Below are positions 47,506 to 60,872 of a stretch of DNA of 64,000 nt, piece after piece (position 1 is the first letter of the stretch; each line of letters starts with the position of its first letter). The translations under genes and the position numbers were made by a program. The notes under the pieces were generated by a model, which saw only the letters and a list, made by a program, of their open reading frames with translations, had not been told where the DNA came from and searched no databases. Origin of the DNA: Dehalococcoidia bacterium (GTDB taxonomy: Bacteria; Chloroflexota; Dehalococcoidia; Plut-88900); assembly GCA_965197585.1 (NCBI GenBank), contig OZ240215.1, positions 2,976,001 to 3,040,000 of the forward strand, given 5' to 3'.

Positions 47506-48375
47506 TTGCCCTACGACACCCTGCTCTACGAAAAGACCGGCCAAATCGTCAAGGTGACCCTTAACAGACCCGACGTCCTGAACGCCATCAGCGACGAGAT
47601 GGTAAAGGAGATCCGGCTGGCCATTGATGAGGCCGACGCCGACCCCGGAGTCCGCGTCGTCATCCTCACGGGCGCCGGACGCTCCTTCTCCGCCGGCTAT
47701 GACATCAAGCCCCGTGAAGACGGGCGTCCTGCAGCCGACCCGCAGGGCTTTGAAATTGGCGACTATATCAAGCTCTGGTGGGACCGGGACGCCTACGACA
47801 CCGATCAATTCACCCATTTCTGGAAGCTGGGCGTCCCAGTCATCGCTTCCGTCAGGGGCTACTGCTTTGGGGGCGGGTTCTGGTACAGCATGGCCTGCGA
47901 CATCACCATTGCCGCCGACAACGCCGTCTTCGGCCAGCCCGAGGTCCGGCACATTTCCAATACGTCATTCATGCTAGCTGCCCTCTCGAACTGGAAGCAG
48001 GCCCACCGCTGGGCCCTCACCGGTGACCACATGGGTGCCGAGGAGGCTCTCCGCATCGGTGTAGTCACACAGGTAGTCCCCGAGGCTGACCTGGACGCCG
48101 TAACCTGGGCCCTCGCCGAGCGCATAGCCCTCGTCCCCGAGGCCTCGGTCCGAGTCAACAAGGCAGTCACCTGGATGGGCATGGAGGCGATGGGACTCGG
48201 CGCTGCGATGCAGGTCAACGCTGCCCTCTCCAGCGTGGCCCACAGCTCCCACGGTGGCCATCGAGAGGCTCTCTGGGACGCACAGTCCACCGGAGGCCTC
48301 AAAGGCTTCCTGGAGGCCCGGGACGGCCCCTTCCTCCCCGAGCCCTTCGGCCCCAAGTCAAGGAAGAAGAAATGA
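47506..48375 (+). CDS. Enoyl-CoA hydratase/isomerase family protein
   Basis: LNRPDVLNAI, FSAGYDI, GYCFGGG and FGQPEV motifs. Confidence 0.92.
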   Translation: MPYDTLLYEKTGQIVKVTLNRPDVLNAISDEMVKEIRLAIDEADADPGVRVVILTGAGRSFSAGYDIKPREDGRPAADPQGFEIGDYIKLWWDRDAYDTDQFTHFWKLGVPVIASVRGYCFGGGFWYSMACDITIAADNAVFGQPEVRHISNTSFMLAALSNWKQAHRWALTGDHMGAEEALRIGVVTQVVPEADLDAVTWALAERIALVPEASVRVNKAVTWMGMEAMGLGAAMQVNAALSSVAHSSHGGHREALWDAQSTGGLKGFLEARDGPFLPEPFGPKSRKKK

Positions 48376-49919
48376 CCTCTCCCACCCACGACGCCATAGT
48401 CATCGGAGGGGGCCACAACGGCCTCACCTGCGCCGCGTACCTTGCCCGTGCCGGCCTCCGCGTCCTCGTTCTCGAGCGCCGTGACATAGTTGGCGGCGCT
48501 TGCACCACCGAGGAACTCATTCCCGGCTACCGGTTCCCCGCCTGCGCATACCACTGTCACATGCTCCAGGCCAAGGTCATCGACGACCTGCAGCTCCGCA
48601 ACTACGGCTTTGACGTCATCCCCCTTGATCCCGTCAGGTTCCTGCCCTACCCGGACGGCTCCTACATCAACCTCTGGCGGGACACGGACAGGATGATCAA
48701 GGAGATCGCAGCGATCTCCTCCAAAGACGCCGAGGCCTATCCCGCCTGGGATCGGTTCTGGGAGAAGGCCGCAGGCCTGGTCCAAGACTATGTCCTCGCT
48801 CCGGCCCCCACCCTCGCCCAGCTCTTCGACCGGGCTCGGGCCACGGGCGACGAGGATGTGCTGGAAACCATGCTTACCGTCAGCATGAAGGACCTCGTTG
48901 AGGAACATTTCGAGTCGGAGCAGGTGCGCGGCGCTTTCATTGGCGCCGCCGAGACCGGAGACCCCGCATCCGTGGGATCCGCCTTCGCTATTGCCTACTT
49001 CCACATCGATCGGTTCACCGAGCCCAGGAACATGGGCTTGGCAAAGGGCAGTATGGGCGCCATCACCCAGGCCATGGCCAGATCGGCCGCCAGCTTTGGG
49101 GCCGAGGTCCGCACCGACTCCCCCGTCTCCCAAATCATCGTCCGGGACGGGCGTGCCGTGGGCGTCGCCCTGGAGGACGGCGCCGAGTTCTACGCCCCAA
49201 CCATCGTCTCCAACGCCGATCCCAAGCGCACCTTCCTGGACCTGCTAGACCCCGACGACCTGGATTCCGACTTCCGGCGCAAGGTCAAACGCCTCAAGAC
49301 CCAATTCTCCAGCGTGAAGCTCCATTGCACGCTAACGGGTCTCCCCGACTTCAGCCGCCACCTGGGCCCGGGATTCGATCCCAAGATGTTGGCCATGATC
49401 AAGATTTGCCCTTCCGTCGAATACTTCGAGGCCAACCTCCAGGATGCCCTCGCCGGCCGCTTTACCGACAGCCCCCAGATGTACATCCAGATTCCCTCCG
49501 TATACGACGACTCCCTGGCCCCTCCAGGCAACCACGTCATGTCCATGTGGATGCAACTCCAGCCGGTCACCCTTTCCAACGGCGACTGGGACCACGCGCA
49601 CCAGCACATCTTCGATGTTCTCATGGATACCATGTCCGTCTACGCTCCCAACATCCGCGAAGTGGTCGACCAGTGGCAGGTGTTCACCCCTATGGATATC
49701 GAGCGGAGGGTTGGCCTCACCGACGGCAACATCCGCCAGCTCGACACTATTCCGGGACAACTCTTCTCTCGCCGCCCGCTCCCTGGATGGTCGGACTACA
49801 ACACCCCCGTCGACGGGCTTTACCTATGCGGTGGAGGAACACACCCCGGCGGAGAGGTCACCGGCGCCCCAGGACACAACGCAGCCCATGCCATCCTCTC
49901 CAACTTGGACCGCGCCTAG
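48372..49919 (+). CDS. FAD-dependent oxidoreductase, phytoene dehydrogenase-like
   Basis: IGGGHNGL and GLYLCGGGTHPGGEVTGAPGHNAA motifs; 4-nt overlap with the upstream gene. Confidence 0.92.
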   Translation: MTSPTHDAIVIGGGHNGLTCAAYLARAGLRVLVLERRDIVGGACTTEELIPGYRFPACAYHCHMLQAKVIDDLQLRNYGFDVIPLDPVRFLPYPDGSYINLWRDTDRMIKEIAAISSKDAEAYPAWDRFWEKAAGLVQDYVLAPAPTLAQLFDRARATGDEDVLETMLTVSMKDLVEEHFESEQVRGAFIGAAETGDPASVGSAFAIAYFHIDRFTEPRNMGLAKGSMGAITQAMARSAASFGAEVRTDSPVSQIIVRDGRAVGVALEDGAEFYAPTIVSNADPKRTFLDLLDPDDLDSDFRRKVKRLKTQFSSVKLHCTLTGLPDFSRHLGPGFDPKMLAMIKICPSVEYFEANLQDALAGRFTDSPQMYIQIPSVYDDSLAPPGNHVMSMWMQLQPVTLSNGDWDHAHQHIFDVLMDTMSVYAPNIREVVDQWQVFTPMDIERRVGLTDGNIRQLDTIPGQLFSRRPLPGWSDYNTPVDGLYLCGGGTHPGGEVTGAPGHNAAHAILSNLDRA

Positions 49920-50416
49920 CCTCCGTACATTGCCCACAGAACCGACACGCCAGCGTCCCAATCTATCCACCTGCTCCCTTCAAATGGCTCGCGCCAACTG
50001 TGTGTGCCACCTTCATCTATTACGATCAGATGCCCTGCTTTTGCCCTGCCATCTTTCACAAAACCCTGAACCTTTTCTACATCTTTCTCTACATCACTCC
50101 ACGCAACAACGGGAAACTTTGTGCGCCAAATGTCGCCGCCCCTATCTGACCTTCTGTCTTTAGAAGGCTCATATTTGAATTCGATAACTGTCGCCACAGA
50201 GTCGTCGGGGTCTAGGATCACCAGGTCAGACCTCACATAGGGTTCCATTGTGTGCTCATGGAACACACGGTACTGGAGTTCTTCCTCCTGTATGGCCTTG
50301 TGAATCTGCAACTGGACACTCCAGACTAAGTCTCGCTCAGTAAAGAAGTGATATTCCCAGTAATGCTCCCGGAGCCTAAACATCGCACCATCGAATAGCT
50401 CATTTGCTGTTTTCAA
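49916..50416 (-). CDS. Hypothetical PD-(D/E)xK-like protein
   Basis: TERDL, SDLVIL and IEFKYE pattern. Confidence 0.6.
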   Translation of the reverse strand: MKTANELFDGAMFRLREHYWEYHFFTERDLVWSVQLQIHKAIQEEELQYRVFHEHTMEPYVRSDLVILDPDDSVATVIEFKYEPSKDRRSDRGGDIWRTKFPVVAWSDVEKDVEKVQGFVKDGRAKAGHLIVIDEGGTHSWREPFEGSRWIDWDAGVSVLWAMYGG

Positions 50417-50422
50417 AGCAAG

Positions 50423-51364
50423 TCAACCCTCCTTGTCAGCCTGAGAAACCATACCCAGCCTCGTCCCAATAAACTCCGGTCGCCCGAGGATGAAGGCCTC
50501 TATCTCCATCCCCCGACTCCCCTCCGGTTGCACTTTCCTCAATGCAAGCTGCCCACGCCCCGTCTGCACCACCACCCCACCCCTCTCCTTAATCACCATC
50601 CCTGGGTCACCCACTCCTCCCTCGAAGGGTTCCGCCTCCAATACCTTCAGTCTCCGGCCCATCCATGTGGTGAATGAGCCCGGCCACGGGTCATATGCCC
50701 GAATAATTCTGTCTATCTTCACAGCCGGCAGAGCCCAGTTGACCTCCCCGTCCCCCCGAGTCGCCTTCCGGCTATACGTGGCCAGCGAGTCGTCCTGCAC
50801 AATTGGCTCGATCATACCCCGAAACCAGTCCCTCAGTGTTTCCGCCAAGAGTCGCGCCCCTATCTCAGCCAGTCTTCTGGTCAGCGCCCCAGTAGTGTCC
50901 CGCGGTCCAATCTCTATGCCGACAGAGCGGAAAACCGGCCCTGAGTCCACCTTCGGTACGACCTTCATTACCGTTACACCGGTCTCCTCGTCGCCCCCCA
51001 GAATCGCATTGGCCACCGGCGCCGGGCCTCGATGCCTCGGCAGCAGGGATGGATGGACGTTTAGGACACCATAGGTCGGCAGGTCCAGCGTCCATTTCGG
51101 GAGGATAAGGCCATACGCGGCGACGACAGCTATGTCAGGTTTGAGCGACTCCATCTCCACTCGCGCTTCCTGCGAGGAGAGAGTTTCCGGTTGGAATACG
51201 GGCAGACCCAGAGCCTCGGCCAGGACCTTGACCGGTGACTTCCTCGTCTTCTTACCCCTGCCGGAGGGTCGGTCCGGTTGAGTGTAGACCCCCACCACGC
51301 GCAACCCACTCCCGGCCAGGTGCTCTAGGGTCGGTACACCAAACTCGGGTGTTCCCATGAACAC
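50423..51364 (-). CDS. fmt: Methionyl-tRNA formyltransferase
   Basis: FMGTP, TQPDRP.GRG and NVHPSLLPRHRGPAP motifs. Confidence 0.96.
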   Translation of the reverse strand: MFMGTPEFGVPTLEHLAGSGLRVVGVYTQPDRPSGRGKKTRKSPVKVLAEALGLPVFQPETLSSQEARVEMESLKPDIAVVAAYGLILPKWTLDLPTYGVLNVHPSLLPRHRGPAPVANAILGGDEETGVTVMKVVPKVDSGPVFRSVGIEIGPRDTTGALTRRLAEIGARLLAETLRDWFRGMIEPIVQDDSLATYSRKATRGDGEVNWALPAVKIDRIIRAYDPWPGSFTTWMGRRLKVLEAEPFEGGVGDPGMVIKERGGVVVQTGRGQLALRKVQPEGSRGMEIEAFILGRPEFIGTRLGMVSQADKEG

Positions 51365-51786
51365 ACATCTCAGGTCGTGAAAGTCTTTAGGAACCTTGAA
51401 TCGTCACCTCATCTATGCAGAGCTTTGGGCGCATTATAGGGTCTCGAAACGGGGCAGGCAAAGCATTCCACGTCGGTGAGTCAGCCCCACGAATAACCCA
51501 CCAAAAGACGCGCAAAATTTGCCTTTCTCATTCATTGACACGCCCATATTAGGGGTGTGTTATCCTCTCTCTGTTGGTGGAGGACCAACTCTTTTGCGCC
51601 CCTTCCCCTGGCGGCGGACTCGGTCCAACCGGTCCGATTCGGGGAAGGGATTGCAGATGGATTCTAAGGCCCGGCGTTCCAGGCCTGTGCCTGAACACTG
51701 TGCCTCCCCCACCCCGGTCCGAGAAGAGACATACATTTGCCGTATCTCTTCGCGCCCAAAATAAGACTGGTAATCATCCGGCGGTA

Positions 51787-53172
51787 ATGGAAGAAAATAA
51801 CGCAAAAGACGTTTGGCGCGCAGCCCTTGGAGAGCTGGAGCTTCAGGTAACTCGCCCCTATTTCGACACGTACCTTAAGGACACCGTCGGGATCTCGTCG
51901 GGCGGGGGCCGATTCACCGTCGGAGCGCCAAACGCCTTTGTCACGGAGTGGCTGCGCCTCAAGATGAGGCCCCGCATCGAGGAAACCATCCGAGGCCTAA
52001 CCGGCATACCACTCATCGTCGAGTTCCTTGTTTCCTCCCCACCGGGCCTCTCTCCCCAGACCTTCACCCCTTCCCCCGCGGTCACCGGCGGGCATGACGA
52101 CGATGCAGACACCGCGGGACCATACACTCCTCCTGCAGGACACAAGTCCGCCCCTCTCAACCGAAACTATACTTTCACCTCCATGGTGGTCGCCCGATTC
52201 AACAGGGTTGCCCACGCTGCGGCCCAAGCGGTCGCAGAGAACGCCGATTACCCGTTTAACCCGCTCTTCATCTACGGAGACGTTGGCCTTGGCAAGACCC
52301 ATCTCCTCCATGCCATCGGCCACAACGCCAGGTCTCGGAATCGGGACATGCTTTACGTCGGGGCAGAACAGTTCACCACCGACTACGCCGAGGCGGCTCG
52401 GGAGCGAGACTTCGGCAACTTCCGGCGGAAGTACCGGGAAGTCGACTTGCTGATGGTGGACGACATTCAGTTCATCGGGGGCAAACGGCAGACCCAGGAG
52501 GGTTTCTTCCACGTGTTCAACGACCTCCACGGATCCAACCGGCAACTGGTGTTCGCAGGGGACAGGCACCCGAGGGATATCGAAGCCCTTGACCCCAGGC
52601 TGGTGTCCCGGTTCGAAGGAGGCCTCCTGGCCGACATCACGGCCCCAAGCCTCGACACCCGGGTAGCAATCCTCAGACTGAAGTGCTCGTCCATGAGTGT
52701 CGATGTACCGGGTTCGATCCTGGACATGATAGCCCGCATGGTCGATGGAAGCGTCAGGCAACTTGAGGGGGCTCTCAACCGGGTGCTCGCCTTGGCGAAG
52801 GCGGAATCCAAGCCCGTAACCCTGGCCTTGGCCAGCGAGGTACTCCTTAAAGGCACCGAGCTGAGCCCAGCCAACACATCCTCCGACGCCATCATAGAGT
52901 TCACTGCCACCCACTTCGGCCTCTCCATAGAGGAGATCACCGGCAAGCGCAGGCTGAAACGCTACGTGCAAGCCAGGGACATCGCGATGTATCTCCTCCG
53001 GGAGGAGCTCCACCTGACCCCGATGAGGATCGGAGCGCTATTTGGCGACAGGACCCCCGCCGGCGTAAGCGCCGCGTGCCGCAAGATTTCAGAACGAGCG
53101 CAAGCTAGCAAGTCAATTAGGTTGGACTTAGCGCGAATAAGAGACACCTTATTCAGCAACTCTCGCGTCTAG
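51787..53172 (+). CDS. dnaA: Chromosomal replication initiator DnaA (variant domain IV)
   Basis: FNPLFIYGDVGLGKTH, VDDIQF, RLVSRF and VRQLEGAL motifs; ATG at 51787. Confidence 0.93.
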   Translation: MEENNAKDVWRAALGELELQVTRPYFDTYLKDTVGISSGGGRFTVGAPNAFVTEWLRLKMRPRIEETIRGLTGIPLIVEFLVSSPPGLSPQTFTPSPAVTGGHDDDADTAGPYTPPAGHKSAPLNRNYTFTSMVVARFNRVAHAAAQAVAENADYPFNPLFIYGDVGLGKTHLLHAIGHNARSRNRDMLYVGAEQFTTDYAEAARERDFGNFRRKYREVDLLMVDDIQFIGGKRQTQEGFFHVFNDLHGSNRQLVFAGDRHPRDIEALDPRLVSRFEGGLLADITAPSLDTRVAILRLKCSSMSVDVPGSILDMIARMVDGSVRQLEGALNRVLALAKAESKPVTLALASEVLLKGTELSPANTSSDAIIEFTATHFGLSIEEITGKRRLKRYVQARDIAMYLLREELHLTPMRIGALFGDRTPAGVSAACRKISERAQASKSIRLDLARIRDTLFSNSRV

Positions 53173-53573
53173 CTCGCCGAGCCTAGGGCCTAACCCACCC
53201 AGTTCCTATCCCAAGCACCTCCCTCTAGGCCGACTTATTCATACCATGAATTGCCTTCACATAACTTACCCAAATCTACAAACTGCCTTGCCGACATAGC
53301 TCGGATATAATATGGATATTACGATCACTAGCTCACGTATTGGATAAACCAAAGTACGGGACCGCGTCATAAGACAAGCCCAACAGTCAAACAACTCCCG
53401 GCCCATGTTCCATTTCACCACTGACTTTGTAGGGAACAAAGTTTCAGGGCTGTAACAGCCAAGTACTCCTATTACTCTTGTTACATATATTTATTAATAT
53501 ACTCTATATAAATAAACCCACTCTGGAACAAGAAGAAAGACCTGAAGTACGTCTGTAGAAGTAGGTAATAGGG
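53173..53573. other. Probable oriC
   Basis: AT-rich intergenic region after dnaA; trio-like TACTCCTATTACTCTTGTTAC followed by an AT tract (about 53484-53516); the + strand looks C-rich before and G-rich after (judged by eye). Confidence 0.7.
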
Positions 53574-54817
53574 ATGCTCGTTGACAATGTGTCGGTTGTG
53601 TTATCCGGGGGTCGAGGTGGGAGAGGAGCGGTCACCTTTAGGAAGGAGAAATTCGTTCCTTTCGGGGGGCCGGATGGCGGAGGTGGCGGCCAGGGCGGAT
53701 CTGTCCTCCTACACCCGACATACGAGGTCCGTTCTCTGTCCCACCTGGTTACCACACCTAAGCTTGCGGCTCATGATGGATGGGATGGCCGCCGGTCTAA
53801 AAAAATAGGAAGAGCAGGCGTTGATCTCGTGGTCTTGGTACCCGTAGGTACCGTTGCAGAGGTAATGGGTGACGGGGTGGACTTTACCTTGGATATGACG
53901 TGTGCCGATGAGAAGCACGTCGTTTGTAGCGGCGGGGGTGGAGGCAGAGGGAACCGCACCTATGCTACCTCTACCATGAAAGTGCCTCGGATGGCGGAGG
54001 TTGGGGAGCTGGGAGAGACACGAGAGGTACGCTTGACATATAAGATGCTGTGCGACGTGGCTATTCTTGGAGATCCCAATGGCGGCAAGTCGTTGCTACT
54101 GAACAAGATGACCGCGGCGGGAGCAAAGGTGGCCGACTACTGGATGACCACCGTCGACCCTATCGTTGGTGTGATGGAGTCGGACTGGACCCAGTATCGG
54201 CTTCTTGAAGTGCCTTCGGTGTGGTCGACCTCCAGCTCGGGCGATGGGGCTCTGAAACACGCTCACAGAGCCTCGCTGGTAGCACTGGTATTGGATGCCA
54301 CTGAGGAATCCCTGGCCGATTCCTACCGCCGGGTAACCGACGCCCTGGCTGATAAGGATGAATACGTGCATGGGAAGCCGAGGCTGGTAGTGGTGAACAA
54401 GGTAGACCTTGCTGAAGATGAGCTGCATGAGGCCTCTGAGAGCACAGATGAATTTCCCGGGGCTCTAGCAGTGTGCTACGTATCAGCGGCCACTGGTGAA
54501 GGAATCCCTGAGCTGATGAGGCGCCTGGTGGAATTGGTGAAGGCGACCGGTATGGAATCCTCGTCGCAGGGTTCGGCGGAGGCACCTGTGCTCAGGCCCA
54601 AGCCGAAGGGTCGGCGTATCTCCGTGGTCAAGGATGCCGAGACCTACGTAGTCCACGCCGGCGAACTCGAGAGGCTCGTCCGGGGCACCGACATATCCGA
54701 CTGGGAGGCCCGAATGCAGCTCATGTCGCTGCTGGAAAAGGCCGGCGTCCACCAAGCCCTGCAGAAGGCTGGTGTTGTGGAAGGGGATACGGTAAGGATC
54801 GGTGGGTCGGATATGGA

Positions 54818-54827
<10 letters not shown>
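53574..54827 (+). CDS. obgE: Obg/CgtA-family GTPase (degenerate G3)
   Basis: FRKEKFVPFGGPDGG Obg fold, GDPNGGKS, NKVD, SAATGEG and a C-terminal OCT-like domain. Confidence 0.9.
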
Positions 54828-57885
<3,058 letters not shown>

Positions 57886-58086
57886 CTACCTGGGACCGGC
57901 CGTCTGGCAGTCGAGAGTTGGGCCTTCGATCGGTCACGGAACCGTGGGCAAAATAAGTACAAGTACAAAACCTCGACCAAAATAATTGTACCACAATGCC
58001 CTGTTTTTAGCTACTGTTTATGCCTGTCAAATATGATGGGGTCACGGGGGCCGGCTGCTCCTTTGTTGGATGTTGGGAGAGGGAGT

Positions 58087-59370
58087 TTTGATTGATGTGC
58101 GGGCGCAGTCGTGGTCTTTGATTGTTTTCGGGGAAATTTGGTTTTTTCCGGGGTGGAGACGCCGGGGATGGGGAGGGGGTTCCTTTCGTGAGTGGGGTGA
58201 GGGGAGAGGGGGGAAGGGTGAGCGGGCAAGTCCGAGATTCCTCGCGGAGCCTCGGAATGGTAAAAGGGAGGGGGAGGGGTGTGGACGCCCCAATCGGGGC
58301 GCCCACACCCTGGGCGACTGGCCGGTCGTCCCCAGTGGGGAAGTGGGCAAGGGGGAGGGAGGTGATGGAAGGTCCCGGACGGTTGCGCAAGAAGGCGTCT
58401 ACGCCTGTGCCGATGCATGTGAGATCGGCGACGGCTCTGCGACAGCCCCTAACTTCTGAGGGGATGTGGACGAGACCCGAGAAATTCTCGGTGTGGGGCA
58501 GTCCCGTCCACCAGAAGTGCTCGACCACCCTAAGGGATGGGAGCGGGGACCCGTGACCGCCGTTCGTAGTCGGGTGTTCTCCGGTTGTGACGACGGTGGA
58601 ATCCCTAAATGGTGCGTTTGTTTTAAGTCGGAGGTTGTCCGACTGTTCGGACTCGCCAGCAAGGTCTAGGCCGGGGGAGTCCGGAGGGGGCGCTATGGCC
58701 CAAGGAGGAGACATGACGCTGTGCTCCAGGGCGTCGCCTGAGGAGGCGAGACGGATGCGCCGGGTGAGTGTAGCGCGCATTTGGCAGTGGCCCTTGGAAA
58801 GGGGGTGCCGTGATTTGTCCGGGGACCTTCCATGCAGGGGGCGGGACGGTGATTGATCGCTGCGAAGGCGTAGGCGTTGGGCCTTTGGGCAGCGCTTGTA
58901 GTGGGAGTTAAGATGGGGAGGACTGGGGAGGAGACCCCGCCTATTCCGCTCTTGAGACCCTTCGACTCCGCTCAGGGCGAGCGGAATGCCCCACCCCAGG
59001 GAATGGTCGAGGCGGGAATGGGGGCTGGGAAGGAGGCGCGTGCCAATGGCCGGGCGGTGGCATACCGCTCGGGTGTGACGGGGCCTATGGAGGCCGGTGC
59101 GACTCATGGGACTCCTTTAGTTCCGCTCCGCCAAAGGCGGACTTTCAGCTGGGCGGATGTTCCACCTTTCCTTGATTAGGGCCGACGCGGGGTGTCGGGC
59201 CTGGCAGGCAATATAGCACGAATGTTCATGTCGAGTCAAGGGGGTGGTGTCACTTTTGGGGAATCACCCTCACCCCCTCGGGGGGACTCGGGGCAGGCTC
59301 TAGCCCTCTCCCGTCAGAGGGAGAGGGGACTGGACCCCTCTCCCCAGATCCCTCGCGGAGCCTCGGGATG
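58087..59370 (-). repeat. Copy C of three-copy structured repeat
   Basis: IR at 58365-58380/58817-58833; core 58442-58545; TTTGATTG pair at 58087/58117; colinear with copy B. Confidence 0.85.
59210..59253 (-). promoter_or_regulatory. Sigma70-type promoter with LexA-like box
   Basis: TTGACT-N18-TATATT; GAAC-ATTC-GTGC abuts the -10; GTGACAC 7 nt upstream of the -35. Confidence 0.65.
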
Positions 59371-59481
59371 ACAGGGTCAAGGGGTTGGCGTCACTCGCCG
59401 AGGCGAGTCTTCGACCCCATCTCCCCGGGAATAAATGGAGGGGCGCCTAATGGACGGGCTCAGACCACTGACTCGACCTGC

Positions 59482-59592
59482 CTACATTTGCACAATGGCC
59501 AAAATCACATACACGATTAAGAACAGGCCCAGGCTCAACCCGAGGATAGCGAGTCCAGACACGATCCTGCTCGGCCAACTTGACATGGGCAT
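59482..59592 (-). CDS. Putative 36-aa single-TM peptide
   Basis: Not in the track: MPMSSWPSRIVSGLAILGLSLGLFLIVYVILAIVQM*; follows the MerR operon on the same strand. Confidence 0.4.
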   Translation of the reverse strand: MPMSSWPSRIVSGLAILGLSLGLFLIVYVILAIVQM

Positions 59593-59613
59593 CGTCTATC
59601 TTGGGTCTCCGGC

Positions 59614-59859
59614 TCAGTAGTCAAGTGAGGAGGGCGGCACCGGCAGGTTCCGGCCCACGACCAGCCAGCGTCGCAGCGCGATGCCGGCCCACAGGACCTC
59701 GACTGCCGCAAAGGGCCATGCGTGGATCAAGCCGGCGTAAAGAGACGACGCCAGGCATGCAACCGCAAAGACGAACACGAACCACCGCGACCGACTCTCC
59801 AGGCCATAGGAGATCGCCATGATGGAAACGGCGACAGCGCCAAAAACCTCGGTCAGCAT
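59614..59859 (-). CDS. Small membrane protein
   Basis: MLTEVFGAVAVSIM...AWPFAAVEVLW; start overlaps the upstream stop. Confidence 0.7.
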   Translation of the reverse strand: MLTEVFGAVAVSIMAISYGLESRSRWFVFVFAVACLASSLYAGLIHAWPFAAVEVLWAGIALRRWLVVGRNLPVPPSSLDY

Positions 59860-60281
59860 GCGCCGCTTGACCCGGCCCGCCCGCCCGACACGATTGCTCC
59901 GACTGCTCCGGGCAGGCTGCCTCCACTCGCCTTGAACAAACGACCTGATCTCTGCTGAGTGCCCTGCAATTCCTTCGGGAGCCAGCCGCGGATGTATTCC
60001 TTTGTGCCCTGGGGACCACTCAGCCGCAGCCAGGTTTGGTCGTCGCGGTCGTCGATTTTGAACGCCAGGAATCTGCAGCACCGGCGCTCGAAGTCGACGA
60101 AGGCACGGACTATTTCTATCGCCTCTGACGGGAACCCAAGCTCAAACGCGTCTGTAGTCTCCCGCACGTCTATGATAGAAGCGGTCAGGGTGGAACTGAT
60201 CTCTTCCCTTCGATCACGACGCGCTGCGTCAGTGAGCGTGCACGCGACCAAATCGCTCGTAGCCATCACGGTTTCTTCCAT
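59853..60281 (-). CDS. Cys-motif protein (ACTL...ERRCCRF), putative metal-binding
   Basis: GGAGG RBS; ACTL and E..CC.F motifs; directly downstream of merR. Confidence 0.7.
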   Translation of the reverse strand: MEETVMATSDLVACTLTDAARRDRREEISSTLTASIIDVRETTDAFELGFPSEAIEIVRAFVDFERRCCRFLAFKIDDRDDQTWLRLSGPQGTKEYIRGWLPKELQGTQQRSGRLFKASGGSLPGAVGAIVSGGRAGSSGAC

Positions 60282-60342
60282 GGATCCTCCTTTGGCAATT
60301 GACCGGTCCAGATTGTTCGAATGGAGAGCGGTCGAGCACTTG

Positions 60343-60747
60343 TCAGCGCCCGAGCCCTGACAAGACGCCACAGCGCGACAGGTCGCCGCCGCATTCACAC
60401 TGCTCGACTGCCGTCTGCAGCGACCGCCGCATGTGACGAAGGTCACGGATCTTTCCTTCAATCTCCCGGAGTTTTCCAGTAATCATGTTGATCACGCCCG
60501 CTGGGTGGGGCCCTCCTGATTCAATGGTCATGAACTCACGGATTTCAGCCAGCGTGAAGCCCAAGGCCTGGGCGCGCTTGATCCCACGAACCGTTTCCAC
60601 AGCGTCCTGGCCGTAGACCCTGTACCCAGTGGGCGTTCTGTGCGGCGCCTGCAACAGGCCACGGCGTTCGTAGTAATGCAGCGTCTGCGCATTGACCCCG
60701 GTGGCGCGGGCAACCTGTCCGACACGTAACTGTTCTTCATGGGTCAT
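60343..60747 (-). CDS. MerR-family transcriptional regulator
   Basis: GQVARATGV...YYERRGLL, GYRVY and AQALGFTLAEI motifs; C-terminal CEC...C. Confidence 0.93.
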   Translation of the reverse strand: MTHEEQLRVGQVARATGVNAQTLHYYERRGLLQAPHRTPTGYRVYGQDAVETVRGIKRAQALGFTLAEIREFMTIESGGPHPAGVINMITGKLREIEGKIRDLRHMRRSLQTAVEQCECGGDLSRCGVLSGLGR

Positions 60748-60763
60748 GGGCGTTCTCCAGACA

Positions 60764-60795
60764 AGATACAGCCTATACCATGGTATAGGGTCAAG
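60764..60795 (-). promoter_or_regulatory. MerR-type promoter/operator
   Basis: TTGACC-N20-TATCTT with the perfect dyad CCTATACCATGGTATAGG across the spacer. Confidence 0.8.
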
Positions 60796-60872
60796 CGGGG
60801 CGGAGTCGGCTAGCGTGACGTTGCGATTTCAGGACCACCCGACACCCCAAGCGACCACCCGGGGTTCCAGCG

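Noticed and set aside
51574-51786. N-terminal extension of DnaA in the ORF track
   Set aside because: DnaA-like sequence starts at MEENNAKDVW (51787); the upstream part looks like leader
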